Below are positions 1 to 13,915 of a stretch of DNA of 64,000 bases, piece by piece (the stretch's first letter is position 1; each line of letters opens with the position of its first letter). Made by a program: the position numbers and the translations under genes. The DNA comes from Auanema rhodensis. Taxonomy: Eukaryota; Animalia; Nematoda. The notes below the pieces were generated by a model. It was not told the DNA's origin and did no database searches. It worked only from the letters and a program-made list of their open reading frames with translations. Location of the stretch: assembly GCA_964057225.1 (NCBI GenBank), contig OZ059895.1, positions 4,836,001 through 4,900,000 of the forward strand, in the 5' to 3' direction.

Positions 1-3000
1 GTGAATTTTTAAGCTAGCGCAAATCTGATAACACAGATCGACGCAGCTTAAAAATCCGCATCGAATGCACTATACTTCATTGAGAAACGCTTAATACAAA
101 AATTAGTTATGATCGTTTGAAAAATGATGCATTAGTGTATGTTGAGTTTCCATGTACACTCAACATTGCTTCCAAAAACATTTTGACAAAAATTTTTTCG
201 AAAAATTTCAAAATAATTTAGCAAAAAGTAGATGTTTTTCGATTCCTTTTTTGAGGCAAAGATGATGGACAATGTTATTCAACGAAAAAATCAATTCTTC
301 AGGGTGAAAATCGAGGATATAAGTGTGAACTTATATCAGTTGATATCTCGGTGCATTTTCAAGCTAGCGCAAATCTGATAACACAGATCGACGCAGCTTA
401 AAAATCCGCATCGAATGCACTATACTTCATTGAGAAACGCTTAATACAAAAATTAGTTATGATCGTTTGAAAAATGATGCATTAGTGTATGTTGAGTTTC
501 CATGTACACTCAACATTGCTTCGAAAAACATTTTGACAAAAATTTTTTCGAAAAATTTCAAAATAATTTAGCAAAAAGTAGATGTTTTTAGATTACTTTT
601 TCTAAGGCAAAGATGATGGACAATGTTATTCAACGAAAAAATCAATTCTTCAGGGTGAAAATCGAGGATATAAGTGTGAACTTATATCAGTTGATATCTC
701 GGTGAATTTTTAAGCTAGCGCAAATCTGATAACACAGATCGACGCAGCTTAAAAATCCGCATCGAATGCACTATACTTCATTGAGAAACGCTTAATACAA
801 AAATTAGTTATGATCGTTTGAAAAATGATGCATTAGTGTATGTTGAGTTTCCATGTACACTCAACATTGCTTCCAAAAACATTTTGACAAAAATTTTTTC
901 GAAAAATTTCAAAATAATTTAGCAAAAAGTAGATGTTTTTAGATTCCTTTTTTCAAGGCAAAGACGATGGACAATGTTATTCAACGAAAAAATTAATTCT
1001 TCAGGGTGAAAATCGAGGATATAAGTGTGAACTTATATCAGTTGATATCTCGGTGCATTTTCAAGCTAGCGCAAATCTGATAACACAGATCGACGCAGCT
1101 TAAAAATCCGCATCGAATGCACTATACTTCATTGAGAAACGCTTAATAAAAAAATTAGTTATGATCGTTTGAAAAATGATGCATTAGTGTATGTTGAGTT
1201 TCCATGTACACTCAACATTGCTTCCAAAAACATTTTGACAAAAATTTTTTCGAAAAATTTCAAAATAATTTAGCAAAAAGTAGATTTTTTTAGATTCCTT
1301 TTTTCAAGGCAAAGACGATGGACAATGTTATTCAACGAAAAAATTAATTCTTCAGGGTGAAAACCGAGGATATAAGTGTGAACTTATATCAGTTGATATC
1401 TCGGTGCATTTTCAAGCTAGCGCAAATCTGATAACACAGATCGACGCAGCTTAAAAATCCGCATCGAATGCACTATACTTCATTGAGAAACGCTTAATAC
1501 AAAAATTAGTTATGATCGTTTGAAAAATGATGCATTAGTGTATGTTGAGTTTCCATGTACACTCAACATTGCTTCCAAAAACATTTTGACAAAAATTTTT
1601 TCGAAAAATTTCAAAATAATTTAGCAAAAAGTAGATGTTTTTAGATTCCTTTTTTTAAGGCAAAAATGATGGACAATGTTATTCAACGAAAAAATTAATT
1701 CTTCAGGGTGAAAATCGAGGATATAAGTGTGAACATATATCAGTTGATATCTCGGTGCATTTTCAAGCTAGCGCAAATCTGATAACACAGATCGACGCAG
1801 CTTAAAAATCCGCATCGAATGCACTATACTTCATTGAGAAACGCTTAATACAAAAATTAGTTATGATCGTTCGAAAAATGATGCATTAGTGTATGTTGAG
1901 TTTCCATGTACACTCAACATTGCTTCCAAAAACATTTTGACAAAAATTTTTTCGAAAAATTTCAAAATAATTTAGCAAAAAGTAGATGTTTTTAGATTCT
2001 TTTTTTCAAGGCAAAGACGATGGACAATGTTATTCAACGAAAAAATTAATTCTTCAGGGTGAAAATCGAGGATATAAGTGTGAACTTATATCAGTTGATA
2101 TCTCGGTGCATTTTTAAGCTAGCGCAAATCTGATAACACAGATCGACGCAGCTTAAAAATCCGCATCGAATGCACTATACTACATTGAAAAACGCTTAAT
2201 ACAAAAATTAGTTATGATCGTTTGAAAAATGATGCATTAGTGTATGTTGAGTTTCCATGTACACTCAACATTGCTTCCAAAAACATTTTGACAAAACTTT
2301 TTTCGAAAAATTTCAAAATAATTTAGCAAAAAGTAGATGTTTTTAGATTCTTTTTTTCAAGGCAAAGACGATGGACAATGTTATTCAACGAAAAAATTAA
2401 TTCTTCAGGGTGAAAATCGAGGATATAAGTTGAACTTATATCAGTTGATATCTCGGTGCATTTTCAAGCTAGCGCAAATCTGATAACACAGATCGACGCA
2501 GCTTAAAAATCCGCATCGAATGCACTATACTTCATTGAGAAACGCTTAATACAAAAATTAGTTATGATCGTTCGAAAAATGATGCATTAGTGTATGTTGA
2601 GTTTCCATGTACACTCAACATTGCTTCGAAAAACATTTTGACAAAAATTTTTTCGAAAAATTTCAAAATAATTTAGCAAAAAGTAGATGTTTTTAGATTA
2701 CTTTTTCTAAGGCAAAGATGATGGACAATGTTATTCAACGAAAAAATCAATTCTTCAGGGTGAAAATCGAGGATATAAGTGTGAACTTATATCAGTTGAT
2801 ATCTCGGTGAATTTTTAAGCTAGCGCAAATCTGATAACACAGATCGACGCAGCTTAAAAATCCGCATCGAATGCACTATACTTCATTGAGAAACGCTTAA
2901 TACAAAAATTAGTTATGATCGTTTGAAAAATGATGCATTAGTGTATGTTGAGTTTCCATGTACACTCAACATTGCTTCCAAAAACATTTTGACAAAAATT

Positions 3001-6000
3001 TTTTCGAAAAATTTCAAAATAATTTAGCAAAAAGTAGATGTTTTTAGATTCCTTTTTTCAAGGCAAAGACGATGGACAATGTTATTCAACGAAAAAATTA
3101 ATTCTTCAGGGTGAAAATCGAGGATATAAGTGTGAACTTATATCAGTTGATATCTCGGTGCATTTTTAAGCTAGCGCAAATCTGATAACACAGATCGACG
3201 CAGCTTAAAAATCCGCATCGAATGCACTATACTTCATTGAGAATCGCTTAATACAAAAATTAGTTATGATCGTTTGAAAAATGATGCATTAGTGTATGTT
3301 GAGTTTCCATGTACACTCAACATTGCTTCCAACAACATTTTGACAAAAATTTTTTCGAAAAATTTCAAAATAATTTAGCAAAAAGTAGATGTTTTTAGAT
3401 TCCTTTTTTCAAGGCAAAGACGATGGACAATGTTATTCAACGAAAAAATTAATTCTTCAGGGTGAAAATCGAGGATATAAGTGTGAACTTATATCAGTTG
3501 ATATCTCGGTGCATTTTTAAGCTAGCGCAAATCTGATAACACAGATCGACGCAGCTTAAAAATCCGCATCGAATGCACTATACTTCATTGAGAATCGCTT
3601 AATACAAAAATTAGTTATGATCGTTTGAAAAATGATGCATTAGTGTATGTTGAGTTTCCATGTACACTCAACATTGCTTCCAACAACATTTTGACAAAAA
3701 TTTTTTCGAAAAATTTCAAAATAATTTAGCAAAAAGTAGATGTTTTTAGATTCCTTTTTTCAAGGCAAAGACGATGGACAATGTTATTCAACGAAAAAAT
3801 TAATTCTTCAGGGTGAAAATCGAGGATATAAGTGTGAACTTATATCAGTTGATATCTCGGTGCATTTTTAAGCTAGCGCAAATCTGATAACACAGATCGA
3901 CGCAGCTTAAAAATCCGCATCGAATGCACTATACTACATTGAGAAACGCTTAATACAAAAATTAGTTATGATCGTTTGAAAAATGATGCATTAGTGTATG
4001 TTGAGTTTCCATGTACACTCAACATTGCTTCCAAAAACATTTTGACAAAAATTTTTTCGAAAAATTTCAAAATAATTTAGCAAAAAGTAGATGTTTTTCG
4101 ATTCCTTTTTTAAGGCAAAGATGATGGACAATGTTATTCAACGAAAAAATCAATTCTTCAGGGTGAAAATCGAGGATATAAGTGTGAACTTATATCAGTT
4201 GATATCTCGGTGCATTTTCAAGCTAGCGCAAATCTGATAACACAGATCGACGCAGCTTAAAAATCCGCATCGAATGCACTATACTTCATTGAGAAACGCT
4301 TAATACAAAAATTAGTTATGATCGTTTGAAAAATGATGCATTAGTGTATGTTGAGTTTCCATGTACACTCAACATTGCTTCGAAAAACATTTTGACAAAA
4401 ATTTTTTCGAAAAATTTCAAAATAATTTAGCAAAAAGTAGATGTTTTTCGATTCCTTTTTTCAAGGCAAAGACGATGGACAATGTTATTCAACGAAAAAA
4501 TTAATTCTTCAGGGTGAAAATCGAGGATATAAGTGTGAACTTATATCAGTTGATATCTCGGTGCATTTTTAAGCTAGCGCAAATCTGATAACACAGATCG
4601 ACGCAGCTTAAAAATCCGCATCGAATGCACTATACTTCATTGAGAAACGCTTAATACAAAAATTAGTTATGATCGTTTGAAAAATGATGCATTAGTGTAT
4701 GTTGAGTTTCCATGTACACTCAACATTGCTTCGAAAAACATTTTGACAAAAATTTTTTCGAAAAATTTCAAAATAATTTAGCAAAAAGTAGATGTTTTTC
4801 GATTCCTTTTTTAAGGCAAAGATGATGGACAATGTTATTCAACGAAAAAATCAATTCTTCAGGGTGAAAATCGAGGATATAAGTGTGAACTTATATCAGT
4901 TGATATCTCGGTGCATTTTCAAGCTAGCGCAAATCTGATAACACAGATCGACGCAGCTTAAAAATCCGCATCGAATGCACTATACTTCATTGAGAAACGC
5001 TTAATACAAAAATTAGTTATGATCGTTTGAAAAATGATGCATTAGTGTATGTTGAGTTTCCATGTACACTCAACATTGCTTCCAAAAACATTTTGACAAA
5101 AATTTTTTCGAAAAATTTCAAAATAATTTAGCAAAAAGTGGATGTTTTTAGATTCTTTTTTTTAAGGCAAAGATGATGGACAATGTTATTCAACGAAAAA
5201 ATTAATTCTTCAGGGTGAAAATCGAGGATATAAGTGTGAACTTATATCAGTTGATATCTCGGTGCATTTTTAAGCTAGCGCAAATCTGATAACACAGATC
5301 GACGCAGCTTAAAAATCCGCATCGAATGCACTATACTTCATTGAGAAACGCTTAATACAAAAATTAGTTATGATCGTTTGAAAAATGATGCATTAGTGTA
5401 TGTTGAGTTTCCATGTACACTCAACATTGCTTCGAAAAACATTTTGACAAAAATTTTTTCGAAAAATTTCAAAATAATTTAGCAAAAAGTAGATGTTTTT
5501 CGATTCCTTTTTTAAGGCAAAGATGATGGACAATGTTATTCAACGAAAAAATCAATTCTTCAGGGTGAAAATCGAGGATATAAGTGTGAACTTATATCAG
5601 TTGATATCTCGGTGCATTTTCAAGCTAGCGCAAATCTGATAACACAGATCGACGCAGCTTAAAAATCCGCATCGAATGCACTATACTTCATTGAGAAACG
5701 CTTAATACAAAAATTAGTTATGATCGTTTGAAAAATGATGCATTAGTGTATGTTGAGTTTCCATGTACACTCAACATTGCTTCCAAAAACATTTTGACGA
5801 AAATTTTTTCGAAAAATTTCAAAATAATTTAGCAAAAAGTAGATGTTTTTAGATTCCTTTTTTCAAGGCAAAGACGATGGACAATGTTATTCAACGAAAA
5901 AATTAATTCTTCAGGGTGAAAATCGAGGATATACGTGTGAACTTATATCAGTTGATATCTCGGTGCATTTTTAAGCTAGCGCAAATCTGATAACACAGAT

Positions 6001-9000
6001 CGACGCAGCTTAAAAATCCGCATCGAATGCACTATACTTCATTGAGAAACGCTTAATACAAAAATTAGTTATGATCGTTTGAAAAATGATGCATTAGTGT
6101 ATGTTGAGTTTCCATGTACACTCAACATTGCTTCCAAAAACATTTTGACAAAAATTTTTTCGAAAAATTTCAAAATAATTTAGCAAAAAGTAGATGTTTT
6201 TAGATTCCTTTTCTCAAGGCAAAGACGATGGACAATGTTATTCAACGAAAAAATTAATTCTTCAGGGTGAAAATCGAGGATATAAGTGTGAACTTATATC
6301 AGTTGATATCTCGGTGCATTTTCAAGCTAGCGCAAATCTGATAACACAGATCGACGCAGCTTAAAAATCCGCATCGAATGCACTATACTACATTGAAAAA
6401 CGCTTAATACAAAAATTAGTTATGATCGTTCGAAAAATGATGCATTAGTGTATGTTGAGTTTCCATGTACACTCAACATTGCTTCGAAAAACATTTTGAC
6501 AAAAATTTTTTCGAAAAATTTCAAAATAATTTAGCAAAAAGTAGATGTTTTTAGATTACTTTTTCTAAGGCAAAGATGATGGACAATGTTATTCAACGAA
6601 AAAATTAATTCTTCAGGGTGAAAATCGAGGATATAAGTGTGAACTTATATCAGTTGATATCTCGGTGCATTTTCAAGCTAGCGCAAATCTGATAACACAG
6701 ATCGACGCAGCTTAAAAATCCGCATCGAATGCACTATACTTCATTGAGAAACGCTTAATACAAAAATTAGTTATGATCGTTTGAAAAATGATGCATTAGT
6801 GTATGTTGAGTTTCCATGTACACTCAACATTGCTTCCAAAAACATTTTGACAAAAATTTTTTCGAAAAATTTCAAAATAATTTAGCAAAAAGTAGATGTT
6901 TTTCGATTCCTTTTTTTAAGGCAAAGATGATGGACAATGTTATTCAACGAAAAAATCAATTCTTCAGGGTGAAAATCGAGGATATAAGTGTGAACTTATA
7001 TCAGTTGATATCTCGGTGCATTTTCAAGCTAGCGCAAATCTGATAACACAGATCGACGCAGCTTAAAAATCCGCATCGAATGCACTATACTTCATTGAGA
7101 AACGCTTAATACAAAAATTAGTTATGATCGTTTGAAAAATGATGCATTAGTGTATGTTGAGTTTCCATGTACACTCAACATTGCTTCCAAAAACATTTTG
7201 ACAAAAATTTTTTCGAAAAATTTCAAAATAATTTAGCAAAAAGTAGATGTTTTTAGATTCTTTTTTTCAAGGCAAAGACGATGGACAATGTTATTCAACG
7301 AAAAAATCAATTCTTCAGGGTGAAAATCGAGGATATAAGTGTGAACTTATATCAGTTGATATCTCGGTGCATTTTCAAGCTAGCGCAAATCTGATAACAC
7401 AGATCGACGCAGCTTAAAAATCCGCATCGAATGCACTATACTTCATTGAGAAACGCTTAATACAAAAATTAGTTATGATCGTTTGAAAAATGATGCATTA
7501 GTGTATGTTGAGTTTCCATGTACACTCAACATTGCTTCGAAAAACATTTTGACAAAAATTTTTTCGAAAAATTTCAAAATAATTTAGCAAAAAGTAGATG
7601 TTTTTCGATTCCTTTTTTAAGGCAAAGATGATGGACAATGTTATTCAACGAAAAAATTAATTCTTCAGGGTGAAAATCGAGGATATACGTGTGAACTTAT
7701 ATCAGTTGATATCTCGGTGCATTTTTAAGCTAGCGCAAATCTGATAACACAGATCGACGCAGCTTAAAAATCCGCATCGAATGCACTATACTTCATTGAG
7801 AAACGCTTAATACAAAAATTAGTTATGATCGTTTGAAAAATGATGCATTAGTGTATGTTGAGTTTCCATGTACACTCAACATTGCTTCCAAAAACATTTT
7901 GACAAAAATTTTTTCGAAAAATTTCAAAATAATTTAGCAAAAAGTAGATGTTTTTAGATTCTTTTTTTCAAGGCAAAGACGATGGACAATGTTATTCAAC
8001 GAAAAAATCAATTCTTCAGGGTGAAAATCGAGGATATAAGTGTGAACTTATATCAGTTGATATCTCGGTGCATTTTCAAGCTAGCGCAAATCTGATAACA
8101 CAGATCGACGCAGCTTAAAAATCCGCATCGAATGCACTATACTTCATTGAGAAACGCTTAATACAAAAATTAGTTATGATCGTTTGAAAAATGATGCATT
8201 AGTGTATGTTGAGTTTCCATGTACACTCAACATTGCTTCGAAAAACATTTTGACAAAAATTTTTTCGAAAAATTTCAAAATAATTTAGCAAAAAGTAGAT
8301 GTTTTTCGATTCCTTTTTTAAGGCAAAGATGATGGACAATGTTATTCAACGAAAAAATTAATTCTTCAGGGTGAAAATCGAGGATATACGTGTGAACTTA
8401 TATCAGTTGATATCTCGGTGCATTTTTAAGCTAGCGCAAATCTGATAACACAGATCGACGCAGCTTAAAAATCCGCATCGAATGCACTATACTTCATTGA
8501 GAAACGCTTAATACAAAAATTAGTTATGATCGTTTGAAAAATGATGCATTAGTGTATGTTGAGTTTCCATGTACACTCAACATTGCTTCCAAAAACATTT
8601 TGACAAAAATTTTTTCGAAAAATTTCAAAATAATTTAGCAAAAAGTAGATGTTTTTAGATTCCTTTTCTCAAGGCAAAGACGATGGACAATGTTATTCAA
8701 CGAAAAAATTAATTCTTCAGGGTGAAAATCGAGGATATAAGTGTGAACTTATATCAGTTGATATCTCGGTGCATTTTCAAGCTAGCGCAAATCTGATAAC
8801 ACAGATCGACGCAGCTTAAAAATCCGCATCGAATGCACTATACTACATTGAAAAACGCTTAATACAAAAATTAGTTATGATCGTTCGAAAAATGATGCAT
8901 TAGTGTATGTTGAGTTTCCATGTACACTCAACATTGCTTCGAAAAACATTTTGACAAAAATTTTTTCGAAAAATTTCAAAATAATTTAGCAAAAAGTAGA

Positions 9001-12000
9001 TGTTTTTAGATTACTTTTTCTAAGGCAAAGATGATGGACAATGTTATTCAACGAAAAAATCAATTCTTCAGGGTGAAAATCGAGGATATAAGTGTGAACT
9101 TATATCAGTTGATATCTCGGTGCATTTTCAAGCTAGCGCAAATCTGATAACACAGATCGACGCAGCTTAAAAATCCGCATCGAATGCACTATACTTCATT
9201 GAGAAACGCTTAATACAAAAATTAGTTATGATCGTTTGAAAAATGATGCTTTAGTGTATGTTGAGTTTCCATGTACACTCAACATTGCTTCCAAAAACAT
9301 TTTGACAAAAATTTTTTCGAAAAATTTCAAAATAATTTAGCAAAAAGTAGATGTTTTTAGATTCCTTTTTTCAAGGCAAAGACGATGGACAATGTTATTC
9401 AACGAAAAAATTAATTCTTCAGGGTGAAAATCGAGGATATAAGTGTGAACTTATATCAGTTGATATCTCGGTGCATTTTCAAGCTAGCGCAAATCTGATA
9501 ACACAGATCGACGCAGCTTAAAAATCCGCATCGAATGCACTATACTTCATTGAGAAACGCTTAATACAAAAATTAGTTATGATCGTTTGAAAAATGATGC
9601 ATTAGTGTATGTTGAGTTTCCATGTACACTCAACATTGCTTCCAAAAACATTTTGACAAAAATTTTTTCGAAAAATTTCAAAATAATTTAGCAAAAAGTA
9701 GATGTTTTTAGATTCCTTTTTTCAAGGCAAAGACGATGGACAATGTTATTCAACGAAAAAATTAATTCTTCAGGGTGAAAATCGAGGATATAAGTGTGAA
9801 CTTATATCAGTTGATATCTCGGTGCATTTTCAAGCTAGCGCAAATCTGATAACACAGATCGACGCAGCTTAAAAATCCGCATCGAATGCACTATACTTCA
9901 TTGAGAAACGCTTAATACAAAAATTAGTTATGATCGTTTGAAAAATGATGCATTAGTGTATGTTGAGTTTCCATGTACACTCAACATTGCTTCCAAAAAC
10001 ATTTTGACAAAAATTTTTTCGAAAAATTTCAAAATAATTTAGCAAAAAGTAGATGTTTTTAGATTCCTTTTTTTAAGGCAAAAATGATGGACAATGTTAT
10101 TCAACGAAAAAATTAATTCTTCAGGGTGAAAATCGAGGATATAAGTGTGAACATATATCAGTTGATATCTCGGTGCATTTTCAAGCTAGCGCAAATCTGA
10201 TAACACAGATCGACGCAGCTTAAAAATCCGCATCGAATGCACTATACTTCATTGAGAAACGCTTAATACAAAAATTAGTTATGATCGTTTGAAAAATGAT
10301 GCATTAGTGTATGTTGAGTTTCCATGTACACTCAACATTGCTTCCAAAAACATTTTGACAAAAATTTTTTCGAAAAATTTCAAAATAATTTAGCAAAAAG
10401 TAGATGTTTTTAGATTCTTTTTTTCAAGGCAAAGACGATGGACAATGTTATTCAACGAAAAAATTAATTCTTCAGGGTGAAAATCGAGGATATAAGTGTG
10501 AACTTATATCAGTTGATATCTCGGTGCATTTTTAAGCTAGCGCAAATCTGATAACACAGATCGACGCAGCTTAAAAATCCGCATCGAATGCACTATACTA
10601 CATTGAAAAACGCTCAATACAAAAATTAGTTATGATCGTTTGAAAAATGATGCATTAGTGTATGTTGAGTTTCCATGTACACTCAACATTGCTTCCAAAA
10701 ACATTTTGACAAAAATTTTTTCGAAAAATTTCAAAATAATTTAGCAAAAAGTAGATGTTTTTAGATTCTTTTTTTCAAGGCAAAGACGATGGACAATGTT
10801 ATTCAACGAAAAAATTAATTCTTCAGGGTGAAAATCGAGGATATAAGTGTGAACTTATATCAGTTGATATCTCGGTGCATTTTCAAGTTAGCGCAAATCT
10901 GATAACACAGATCGACGCAGCTTAAAAATCCGCATCGAATGCACTATACTTCATTGAGAAACGCTTAATACAAAAATTAGTTATGATCGTTTGAAAAATG
11001 ATGCATTAGTGTATGTTGAGTTTCCATGTACACTCAACATTGCTTCCAAAAACATTTTGACAAAAATTTTTTCGAAAAATTTCAAAATAATTTAGCAAAA
11101 AGTAGATGTTTTTAGATTCCTTTTTTCAAGGCAAAGACGATGGACAATGTTATTCAACGAAAAAATTAATTCTTCAGGGTGAAAATCGAGGATATAAGTG
11201 TGAACTTATATCAGTTGATATCTCGGTGCATTTTCAAGCTAGCGCAAATCTGATAACACAGATCGACGCAGCTTAAAAATCCGCATCGAATGCACTATAC
11301 TTCATTGAGAAACGCTTAATACAAAAATTAGTTATGATCGTTTGAAAAATGATGCATTAGTGTATGTTGAGTTTCCATGTACACTCAACATTGCTTCCAA
11401 AAACATTTTGACAAAAATTTTTTCGAAAAATTTCAAAATAATTTAGCAAAAAGTAGATGTTTTTAGATTCCTTTTTTTAAGGCAAAAATGATGGACAATG
11501 TTATTCAACGAAAAAATTAATTCTTCAGGGTGAAAATCGAGGATATAAGTGTGAACATATATCAGTTGATATCTCGGTGCATTTTCAAGCTAGCGCAAAT
11601 CTGATAACACAGATCGACGCAGCTTAAAAATCCGCATCGAATGCACTATACTTCATTGAGAAACGCTTAATACAAAAATTAGTTATGATCGTTTGAAAAA
11701 TGATGCATTAGTGTATGTTGAGTTTCCATGTACACTCAACATTGCTTCCAAAAACATTTTGACAAAAATTTTTTCGAAAAATTTCAAAATAATTTAGCAA
11801 AAAGTAGATGTTTTTAGATTCTTTTTTTCAAGGCAAAGACGATGGACAATGTTATTCAACGAAAAAATTAATTCTTCAGGGTGAAAATCGAGGATATAAG
11901 TGTGAACTTATATCAGTTGATATCTCGGTGCATTTTTAAGCTAGCGCAAATCTGATAACACAGATCGACGCAGCTTAAAAATCCGCATCGAATGCACTAT

Positions 12001-13456
12001 ACTACATTGAAAAACGCTCAATACAAAAATTAGTTATGATCGTTTGAAAAATGATGCATTAGTGTATGTTGAGTTTCCATGTACACTCAACATTGCTTCC
12101 AAAAACATTTTGACAAAAATTTTTTCGAAAAATTTCAAAATAATTTAGCAAAAAGTAGATGTTTTTAGATTCTTTTTTTCAAGGCAAAGACGATGGACAA
12201 TGTTATTCAACGAAAAAATTAATTCTTCAGGGTGAAAATCGAGGATATAAGTGTGAACTTATATCAGTTGATATCTCGGTGCATTTTCAAGTTAGCGCAA
12301 ATCTGATAACACAGATCGACGCAGCTTAAAAATCCGCATCGAATGCACTATACTTCATTGAGAAACGCTTAATACAAAAATTAGTTATGATCGTTTGAAA
12401 AATGATGCATTAGTGTATGTTGAGTTTCCATGTACACTCAACATTGCTTCCAAAAACATTTTGACAAAAATTTTTTCGAAAAATTTCAAAATAATTTAGC
12501 AAAAAGTAGATGTTTTTAGATTCTTTTTTTTAAGGCAAAGACGATGGACAATGTTATTCAACGAAAAAATTAATTCTTCAGGGTGAAAATCGAGGATATA
12601 AGTGTGAACTTATATCAGTTGATATCTCGGTGCATTTTCAAGCTAGCGCAAATCTGATAACACAGATCGACGCAGCTTAAAAATCCGCATCGAATGCACT
12701 ATACTACATTGAGAAACGCTCAATACAAAAATTAGTTATGATCGTTTGAAAAATGATGCATTAGTGTATGTTGAGTTTCCATGTACACTCAACATTGCTT
12801 CCAAAAACATTTTGACAAAAATTTTTTCGAAAAATTTCAGAATAATTTAGCAAAAAGTAGATGTTTTTAGATTCTTTTTTTCAAGGCAAAGACGATGGAC
12901 AATGTTTTTCAACGAAAAAATTAATTCTTCAGGGTGAAAATCGAGGATATAAGTGTGAACTTATATCAGTTGATATCTCGGTGCATTTTCAAGCTAGCGC
13001 AAATCTGATAACACAGATCGACGCAGCTTAAAAATCCGCATCGAATGCACTATACTTCATTGAGAAACGCTTAATACAAAAATTAGTTATGATCGTTTGA
13101 AAAATGATGCATTAGTGTATGTTGAGTTTCCATGTACACTCAACATTGCTTCCAAAAACATTTTGACAAAAATTTTTTCGAAAAATTTCAAAATAATTTA
13201 GCAAAAAGTAGATGTTTTTAGATTCCTTTTTTTAAGGCAAAAATGATGGACAATGTTATTAAACGAAAAAATTAATTCTTCAGGGTGAAAATCGAGGATA
13301 TAAGTGTGAACTTATATCAGTTGATATCTCGGTGCATTTTTAAGCTAGCGCAAATCTGATAACACAGATCGACGCAGCTTAAAAATCCGCATCGAATGCA
13401 CTATACTACATTGAGAAACGCTTAATACAAAAATTAGTTATGATCGTTTGAAAAAT
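1..13456. repeat. Tandem satellite array, 350-351 bp monomer (~38 copies; window starts inside the array)
   Basis: Anchor AAGCTAGCGC recurs at 11, 361, 712 and onward. Monomers differ by only a few substitutions or 1-bp indels. Hand count of the first monomer gives 110/350 G+C (~31%). Ends at ...GTTTGAAAAAT (13456), where the DIRS element begins. Confidence 0.99.
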
Positions 13457-13651
13457 AGAATTTTTTTACTATAATAAGACGTAAAAAAGAGATTATATTT
13501 ATTCGACTGTTAGCTATATTGTTTACATTGACCTCACATTACAAAAAAAAAAATTTTTTTGAATAGGGTAATAAGACCGTGGGAAAGGCGGGCTTTAAGT
13601 ATTGGCGGGAACCGGGTTCTCAAGTAAATTCTATCAGTAAAACACTTCATA
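13457..13651 (-). repeat. DIRS 3' (right) ITR 13492-13651 plus terminal extension rE 13457-13491
   Basis: 13492-13651 is the reverse complement of 17711-17870 with about 3 differences (CACATT/CACGTT, AGTAAA/AGTCAA, A/T-run boundary). 13457-13491 has no counterpart at the other end. Confidence 0.93.
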
Positions 13652-13837
13652 ATTTCTAAAAAGTTAAAGGGGATACAAAACGATACTGACAGAGAGATCT
13701 TCGGATAAGGATGAGCAGGATCTATCTTCTTGGAACTGGGTTCTTCGAGGGGCGTCGGAATCTAAAGAAAAACGTAATCTAGAGAGCGCGAGGAAGGGAC
13801 TCCGTAGGTGGAGACCAAGGGGTGGAAGGTGGGACTC

Positions 13838-13915
13838 CAGTCGAATAAATATAATCTCTTTTTCACGTCTATTTATAGTAAAAAAATTCTATTATATTTA
13901 TTCGACTGTTAGCTA
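13838..13915. repeat. DIRS internal complementary region (ICR), copy 1
   Basis: 13838-13890 is the reverse complement of the left terminus 13457-13509 (3 mismatches). 13891-13915 is the reverse complement of the right terminus 17846-17870. Together they copy the circle junction. The ICR overlaps the YR stop codon. Confidence 0.93.

Noticed and set aside
1-351. CENP-B box, telomeric repeat, or a definite centromere call
   Set aside because: No TTCG-n4-A-n2-CGGG motif or telomere repeat seen; centromere function cannot be inferred from sequence alone.
6816-7043. 75-aa ORF in satellite
   Set aside because: Chance opening of a frame by a TAG>TCG monomer variant; stopped or shifted in other monomers.
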